A stretch of 64,000 nucleotides of DNA from Bdellovibrionales bacterium. GTDB lineage: Bacteria; Bdellovibrionota; Bdellovibrionia; Bdellovibrionales; JAMPXM01. A program made the translations under genes and the position numbers. The stretch is taken from assembly GCA_016713885.1 (NCBI GenBank), contig JADJOF010000007.1:175206-239205 (forward strand), given 5' to 3'. Positions 59,513-64,000 of this stretch are shown here, one piece after another (the stretch's first letter is position 1; every line of letters starts with the position of its first letter). Below the pieces are notes generated by a model that was given only the letters and a program-made list of their open reading frames with translations, had not been told where the DNA came from and made no database searches.

Positions 59513-59937
59513 TTCTCTTCTCCTGAAGGCGTTGGGATATCCCCAACGGTTGATTGATTTTCTTCAATTCGTGCGATCTCAATTTCGACTCTTGCCTCAC
59601 CGCCGAACGACTTCGACGCGTGCAGGATGTGGATAAGTTTGTCGTCTTCAATGACGCCTGACTTCTGGAGCGCGTCGCTTACACCTTCAACGAGGTTCGA
59701 TGTGTCGGCCTCGCCTTGCCGGTTGACGAAGAAGAACCGGTATCGGACTTCGAGCGGGTCTGCGATTGGCTCACGTCCGGCCCATTGCCGTTTCATGTGA
59801 AGCATTGCGATTCGTTCCCAAGCGATGAATTTGGGCGAATAGATCGCGTGCTTTCGTGAGCCCGAGCCTACAATGCGCTGCGTGTTTTTCTTTACGATGA
59901 CGCGGCCAGGGATTGAGCAGGTGAAGAGTGGGGTCAT
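59509..59937 (-). CDS. rusA: RusA-family Holliday-junction resolvase
   Basis: 142 aa. IPGRVIVKKNTQRIV and GEADTSNLVEGVSDALQKSGVIEDDKLI. Confidence 0.75.
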   Translation of the reverse strand: MTPLFTCSIPGRVIVKKNTQRIVGSGSRKHAIYSPKFIAWERIAMLHMKRQWAGREPIADPLEVRYRFFFVNRQGEADTSNLVEGVSDALQKSGVIEDDKLIHILHASKSFGGEARVEIEIARIEENQSTVGDIPTPSGEEK

Positions 59938-60833
59938 GCGCCCGCCTTTCCAAATCGAGTTTGGATTTCTTGCTTCAGCCGCGCAGCCTGTTCCGCAGAA
60001 AGTGGCGGCGGAGACTGGGCCTGGTCTGGTTGTGACGAGGATTGGGCGGGCGGCGCGTAAAGCTGAGCCCTAGGGGTGCAACGGTACTCCCCCTCCATGA
60101 CGGCAATATGCGTCCGTGGGCGAGTGAGGAAATCAAATGTCGCCAACCACTCCCGGTCGTTCTTGCCACGGCAAAACTCCGACCTCGCGATTCTGTCGAT
60201 GACATCGACCCACCTTGCTCGATCAGGCTCCTCGCAGATTCTTGCAGATGCAGCTTTCCAGCGTTCTTGTGTTTTTTTGAATCGGCCCATATCCACTAGC
60301 GGCATTGGCTTTCCCGCCACAGACTTCATCCCCGACATTCTCGCGTTCCAAAGTTGAGCGAGCTCGGGCGGCTCAAAAGTTTCTCCCGTACCCTCTTCAA
60401 AAGAATCTACTACACAACACTCCACTACACTTGGAGTGTCGGGTGACACTTCGGTAAGTGTCGGTGAAGTGTCGGGTGACACTCTAGGTACCTTTAAATT
60501 CGAGTCCATAAGACCAAGTCTCTGAAGTTTGTTGACGGCCGCCTGCTTAGCGCGGAAGCCATCCTTCGACTCGCCGTATTGAAACTCGAAGAACGTGACG
60601 AGGAAGAACTTGTCTGTATCAAATTTGATAACCTTCTCGCCAAACCACTCAGTCAGATTTGACTCTGTGACAGGAAATCCAAGATGAAAAGACATCTGAG
60701 GAAAGTCGCCGGGCCATATTCCGGCGTGATCGCACTGGTCGCAAAGATACAGAAACGCAAGCTTTGCCTTGAACGGTAGCTCACGGAACGACGGCCGCTT
60801 CCACTTGTCGGTGTCGGTGAATCGCTTAGGCAT
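59934..60833 (-). CDS. Replisome-organiser-like replication protein
   Basis: 299 aa. N-terminal FTDTDKWKRPSFRELPFKAKLAFLYLCDQCDHAGIW is typical of phage replisome-organiser N-domains. Confidence 0.45.
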   Translation of the reverse strand: MPKRFTDTDKWKRPSFRELPFKAKLAFLYLCDQCDHAGIWPGDFPQMSFHLGFPVTESNLTEWFGEKVIKFDTDKFFLVTFFEFQYGESKDGFRAKQAAVNKLQRLGLMDSNLKVPRVSPDTSPTLTEVSPDTPSVVECCVVDSFEEGTGETFEPPELAQLWNARMSGMKSVAGKPMPLVDMGRFKKTQERWKAASARICEEPDRARWVDVIDRIARSEFCRGKNDREWLATFDFLTRPRTHIAVMEGEYRCTPRAQLYAPPAQSSSQPDQAQSPPPLSAEQAARLKQEIQTRFGKAGA

Positions 60834-61623
60834 CGATCACCTCTGCCATCGAATCATTAAACTGCATGATGCCAGTCGAATTCATGACGTTTGCCGAAAT
60901 GAGATCGAGCGATAGGCCATGTTTTTCGTGGTACGTTAAAATGTCACGATGGAGTGACTGCCTATTGCAATGATACCAACGCTTTGATGCAAGACCGACG
61001 ATGCGATTTACCTGCGCAATCATCGGATTCTCGCGTTCCAGTTTCTGCCAATAGCAGATCCTTGGGATGTAGTAAAGGAATGCGTCAACAGACTGAGTCG
61101 AGGTGTCCTTCAGGTAGGTCATAACCGATTTGTCGATAGCCGAATAAATGTCTTCAACGGAGTAACGCCGGAGCATATTGCGTATGTCCGATAGATACGT
61201 GTCTGATATTTTGAATTCCGAACTTCTGAGGTTACGATTTATATAGTCAGCGATAGACTTGATAGCGTTCTCCTCGAGACCGACCATCGAGTTTCGCCAC
61301 TCTGCCATCATCGCGAGCTGTTCTTGCCTTAAGCTGATCGCCTTCATTTGATCGAGCTGCTTTTTGACGACGGTAGAGTCACTGAGAGTCCTGGCGCCCT
61401 TTCCTAGATTGCAGGAAACGCAGGAGGTGACGAGGTTTAGAACTTCGTTCTGGCCACCGGCCGCGACCGGATTGATATGATCGACGTGAAGGATTGCATC
61501 CGGCGCTGACATGCCACAATACTGGCAAGTAAAGGCATCACGTTTAAATACCTCAAAACGAAGCTTTTTCGAGATCGCCTTTCTGCTTACCTTCTTCTCA
61601 TTCTGAATCGGATCTTGTTCCAT
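60826..61623 (-). CDS. HNH endonuclease-domain protein with a C-terminal domain of unknown function
   Basis: 265 aa. FKRDAFTCQYCG..LHVDHINPVAAGGQNEVLNLVTSCVSCNLGKG. Confidence 0.7.
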   Translation of the reverse strand: MEQDPIQNEKKVSRKAISKKLRFEVFKRDAFTCQYCGMSAPDAILHVDHINPVAAGGQNEVLNLVTSCVSCNLGKGARTLSDSTVVKKQLDQMKAISLRQEQLAMMAEWRNSMVGLEENAIKSIADYINRNLRSSEFKISDTYLSDIRNMLRRYSVEDIYSAIDKSVMTYLKDTSTQSVDAFLYYIPRICYWQKLERENPMIAQVNRIVGLASKRWYHCNRQSLHRDILTYHEKHGLSLDLISANVMNSTGIMQFNDSMAEVIDA

Positions 61624-61649
61624 TACCTGCCCCCCGGCGGTGCAAAACT

Positions 61650-61670
61650 TTGTTGAGTTCTTGTTGAGTT
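61650..61670. repeat. Tandem TTGTTGAGTT x2 (11-bp period)
   Basis: 61650-61659 and 61661-61670, followed by a T7 run. Confidence 0.5.
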
Positions 61671-61740
61671 TTTTTGATATGATGACGATGAGTGGTGCGC
61701 GCGACTGCGCCCGAACAGCCTCAAAACAACACCCGAAAAG

Positions 61741-61757
61741 TTCACCAGTTTTTCACC
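61741..61757 (+). promoter_or_regulatory. Arm-type repeat TTCACCAGTTTTTCACC (copy 1)
   Basis: An identical 17-mer recurs at 61978-61994. The two copies bracket the tRNA-Arg half. Confidence 0.45.
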
Positions 61758-61890
61758 AGATACTTCTCTGTTTCGTCGTTTTTGATTGTACTTAGCTGGA
61801 CTCTCAAAATGATGGTCAAACCATTGATAGGCTTGGGTTTCAGCGGAATGATTCGGGTTCTTCGGATTTGGTGCCTTACGTCTGGAACAG

Positions 61891-61936
61891 CCTTCTAAGC
61901 AGAGGGTCGCAGATTCGAGTTCTGCCGGGGCCACCA
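61891..61936 (+). other. Orphan 3' half of tRNA-Arg(UCU): attP-like core of unit 2
   Basis: CCTTCTAA-GCAGA-GGGTC-GCAGA-TTCGAGT-TCTGC-CGGGGCC-A-CCA. The T arm is perfect. The upstream 45 nt lack the GGCCCCG acceptor strand and a D arm. Confidence 0.65.
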
Positions 61937-61977
61937 TAGCGTCAGGGCCAGTTGTCGGAAATTGAGAAAAATGGCAT

Positions 61978-61994
61978 TTCACCAGTTTTTCACC
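61978..61994 (+). promoter_or_regulatory. Arm-type repeat TTCACCAGTTTTTCACC (copy 2)
   Basis: Identical to 61741-61757. It overlaps the int2 stop codon. Confidence 0.45.
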
Positions 61995-63102
61995 CCACAC
62001 TTTCGCGTCCTGTTCCGAGGCGGAAGTGCGCCGCAACTGCGTTTAATTGCTTCTCGTCGAATCGGATGTAGTGCTTCATCGCGACCTTCATCGACATGCC
62101 TAGAGCTGAACAGACCACGACAGGGTTGAGCGCAGGATTTGAAAACGCCCGCGTCGCATAGCTCGCGCGGAAGTCATGGAATCGGCCGTCGATACCGAGC
62201 GCCTGCCTAAGCTTTGTCCACGGTTTCTTGAATCCGCCCTTGTCCATAGGGCGCTTTTCGTCCCACGCGTTCGGGAAAACATACGGGCTTTTCGGATAGT
62301 CGGCGCACTGTTTCTTCAGCGCCTCAATGACCTCGGAATGGATCGGAACCACACGACTCTGTCCGGTCTTCGTGTCTGTTTTCTTGAGCCTGATGCAGCC
62401 TGCGCCCCAGTCCATTCGGTCTTTGGCGAGCTGCGTAATTTCACTCGACCGCATGCCCATGTACTGGGCCATGATGATCCAAAGCCTGACGGCCTGTTCC
62501 GGGGCCTGGACGCCATCCTTGCCGTCGCGGAACTGCATCAACTGCTCGTCTGTGTACGACTTCCCGACGCCATCGTCCTCGTCGTACTCTGCATCAGGGT
62601 TGTAAATGTCAGGCGCACGAATGATATACCCGACAGCAAGGCACCAACTAAAGAACCCGGAAAGGTACTTCCAATGGTTCAAAAACTTGGTCGCGTCCCC
62701 TGACTTCGACTTCTCTTTGACGTGGGCCATGTACTCAACCCAAGCGTCACCCGTGATCTGATCAACGCGCATCGATCCAAAGAATGGTTTATACCATCGC
62801 TCTCCGAAGTGAATGTATTCCTTGATCGTGCGCTCACGGACCTTCGCAATGCCTCGAACCTTGCCCGTGGCCTTCGCTTCGATGAACTCTTCCCACGCGT
62901 CTTCAAAGATCTCTTTTTCACGACGCCAGTCCTCACCAAGAAGGATCGCCTTCTCGATGTCTTCAGCAAGCTTTTGCGCAACGGCAAAGTTCTTTGTGTT
63001 CAGCGCTTTCTGCACACGTTGGCCCTTGCAAGAAAACCTTGCATGGTACCACTCGCCGATGCGCTTGATGCGGCTGTCTCTGGTGTCCTGATAGTGATTC
63101 AT
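61990..63102 (-). CDS. int: Tyrosine site-specific integrase (unit 2; not similar to int of unit 1)
   Basis: 370 aa. GMRSSEITQLAKDRM, HDFRASYATRA and AMKHYIRF. Confidence 0.9.
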   Translation of the reverse strand: MNHYQDTRDSRIKRIGEWYHARFSCKGQRVQKALNTKNFAVAQKLAEDIEKAILLGEDWRREKEIFEDAWEEFIEAKATGKVRGIAKVRERTIKEYIHFGERWYKPFFGSMRVDQITGDAWVEYMAHVKEKSKSGDATKFLNHWKYLSGFFSWCLAVGYIIRAPDIYNPDAEYDEDDGVGKSYTDEQLMQFRDGKDGVQAPEQAVRLWIIMAQYMGMRSSEITQLAKDRMDWGAGCIRLKKTDTKTGQSRVVPIHSEVIEALKKQCADYPKSPYVFPNAWDEKRPMDKGGFKKPWTKLRQALGIDGRFHDFRASYATRAFSNPALNPVVVCSALGMSMKVAMKHYIRFDEKQLNAVAAHFRLGTGRESVG

Positions 63103-63311
63103 GACGCGTTCTTACGCTTGATCCATTTCCTAATTTCGTCCGGATCAAATCGACGATGCCGCCCGATCTTGATTGACGGTATCTGATTCGTCGCAACGTA
63201 GAGCTTCAATGTCGATATTGGAATCGACGTGAACTCGCGAACGTCTTCGATCAACCAAAGTCGCTCCATCTTTTGCTGTGAAATCTTTGATGATTTTCTC
63301 TCTTCCATCAC
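63099..63311 (-). CDS. xis: Excisionase / HTH_17-type DNA-binding protein (unit 2)
   Basis: 70 aa. WLIEDVREFTSIPISTLKLYVATNQIPSIKIGRHRRFDPDEI. Confidence 0.75.
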   Translation of the reverse strand: MMEERKSSKISQQKMERLWLIEDVREFTSIPISTLKLYVATNQIPSIKIGRHRRFDPDEIRKWIKRKNAS

Positions 63312-64000
63312 ACCAACTCCATGCTTAGCTGTCCTTCAAGTGGCTCATCAATAATCTCGTCACCATCCTCAACGATAGCGACTGGCTTGTTTCGATTGTG
63401 AAAGTTGACGGCTGCATCTCTAGGATTGACCGTCACCTTGAACGAGTCTCGGTCATTCGTGCCGTTCATGACTGCGTCTTCAGCGTGCGCAATCATTCTA
63501 TGAGCAAGATCAAAGTAGCTCCGCTTAAGTTCTGCACCGACAAATCGACGTCCCATTTGAACCGAAACGACGCCTTCTGATCCGATACCAGTAAACGGCG
63601 AGAACACGAGGTCATCTTTCGCCGACCACAGGTCAAGGCACCGATGAATCAGATCAAGTTGAAGTGGTGCGATGTGACGCTCGTCCTCATCTTCGCGAGC
63701 AATGCGGCCGTTGAGAGTATTTGACTGCTTGATGTCAAACCACACTGGGCTTGCATAGTGCTGCCATCTATCCACAGGGAACTCCTCAGGAGTGTGCGCG
63801 ATCGGCTTCGTATTCACGCCGGGCTTTCGGAATGTGACCACGTAGTCAGGCAGACCTTGGCGGCTCATAGATGAGTCTTTCTTGATCTGCTTCCATAGAA
63901 GTCCAAGCGCCTTTGTCCGTTGCATCGCAACGACTGGATCTTTCCAAATACACACCTCAGAGTGATAGATGAATCCACGCTTTTGAAACTCACGGATGAC
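63305..64000. repeat. Long direct repeat, partner at 25370-26065 (offset 37,935 bp)
   Basis: Colinear by eye, with about one mismatch per 15-20 nt. Homology starts abruptly at CATCACACCAACTCC and runs to the window end. Confidence 0.85.
63308..64000 (-). CDS. DNA methyltransferase C-terminal part of a second helicase-methylase gene (5' end outside window)
   Basis: 214 residues align to the C-terminus of 25373-27709 with only 4 substitutions (Y/H, I/M, S/N, D/G). Confidence 0.85.
   Translation of the reverse strand, partial: VIREFQKRGFIYHSEVCIWKDPVVAMQRTKALGLLWKQIKKDSSMSRQGLPDYVVTFRKPGVNTKPIAHTPEEFPVDRWQHYASPVWFDIKQSNTLNGRIAREDEDERHIAPLQLDLIHRCLDLWSAKDDLVFSPFTGIGSEGVVSVQMGRRFVGAELKRSYFDLAHRMIAHAEDAVMNGTNDRDSFKVTVNPRDAAVNFHNRNKPVAIVEDGDEIIDEPLEGQLSMELV

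Larger units (their letters stand above)
23847..61890. mobile_element. Prophage unit 1: temperate phage with P22/BPP-1-like podovirus morphogenesis genes (right limit not defined by a host junction)
   Basis: Contiguous int, xis, recombination, immunity, lysis, tail fibre, stabilisation, coat, scaffold, portal, terminase, nin-like, RusA and replication genes. The left edge is a tRNA half. The unit period of 37,935 bp comes from the duplicated methylase 3' end. Confidence 0.85.
61891..64000. mobile_element. Start of a second, related phage unit (continues beyond the window)
   Basis: att core, int2, xis2 and a second copy of the helicase-methylase 3' end in the same order as unit 1. Confidence 0.6.

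Noticed and set aside
61623-62036. 137-aa minus-strand ORF spanning the inter-unit junction
   Set aside because: It runs antisense through the tRNA-Arg half (the typical ..ELESATLCLEG.. artefact) and through the arm repeats. It has no RBS and its composition is biased.

Overview
The window has three parts. No homology search could be run, so every product call rests on motifs read in the ORF translations, plus size and synteny.

**(1) 1-23.8 kb: chromosomal and accessory DNA.** Genes include a GMC oxidoreductase, a large S8 lipoprotein protease, a beta-CASP MBL hydrolase, a DAACS symporter, an ArsC-like protein, a histidine kinase and an FMN reductase. An RND pump is followed on the same strand by an ACP / desaturase / 2x MBOAT-like cluster. 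Two insertion sequences have inverted repeats I could locate: IS30-family at 6309-7500 and IS256-family at about 16190-17577. Gene content faintly suggests a Bdellovibrio-like predator, but that is only a guess.

**(2) 23.85-61.9 kb: a complete-looking temperate phage unit.**
- It starts at an orphan 3' half of tRNA-Pro(CGG).
- Early genes: int, xis, an SNF2-helicase/DNA-methyltransferase fusion, YqaJ exonuclease, RecT, and a divergent Cro-like/cI-like switch.
- A cI-linked moron and a lysis cassette follow.
- Structural genes: tail fibres and P22/BPP-1-like podovirus morphogenesis genes (stabilisation protein, coat, scaffold, 732-aa portal, TerL, TerS).
- The unit ends with a nin-like block of small genes, RusA, a replisome organiser and an HNH protein.
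- Genes are packed with ATGA/GTGA start-stop overlaps.

**(3) 61.9-64 kb: the start of a second, related phage unit.** It has a different integration module: a tRNA-Arg(UCU) 3' half flanked by arm-type repeats, then int2 and xis2. A second copy of the helicase-methylase 3' end follows, offset 37,935 bp from the first.

**Most interesting observations**
- The tandem heterologous prophage junction looks like an unrecombined attP.
- The helicase-methylase fusion is conserved in both units.
- GTAAACA arrays phased at 11/22 bp sit upstream of terS (beside a divergent RHH gene), the portal gene and the holin gene.
- A 168-nt nested-hairpin element lies in a 340-bp coding gap.
- IS256 cuts the ACP-desaturase-MBOAT operon.
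- Three or four frame breaks all sit at short homopolymers, which most likely points to assembly indels.

No CRISPR array, rRNA, intact tRNA or DGR was found.
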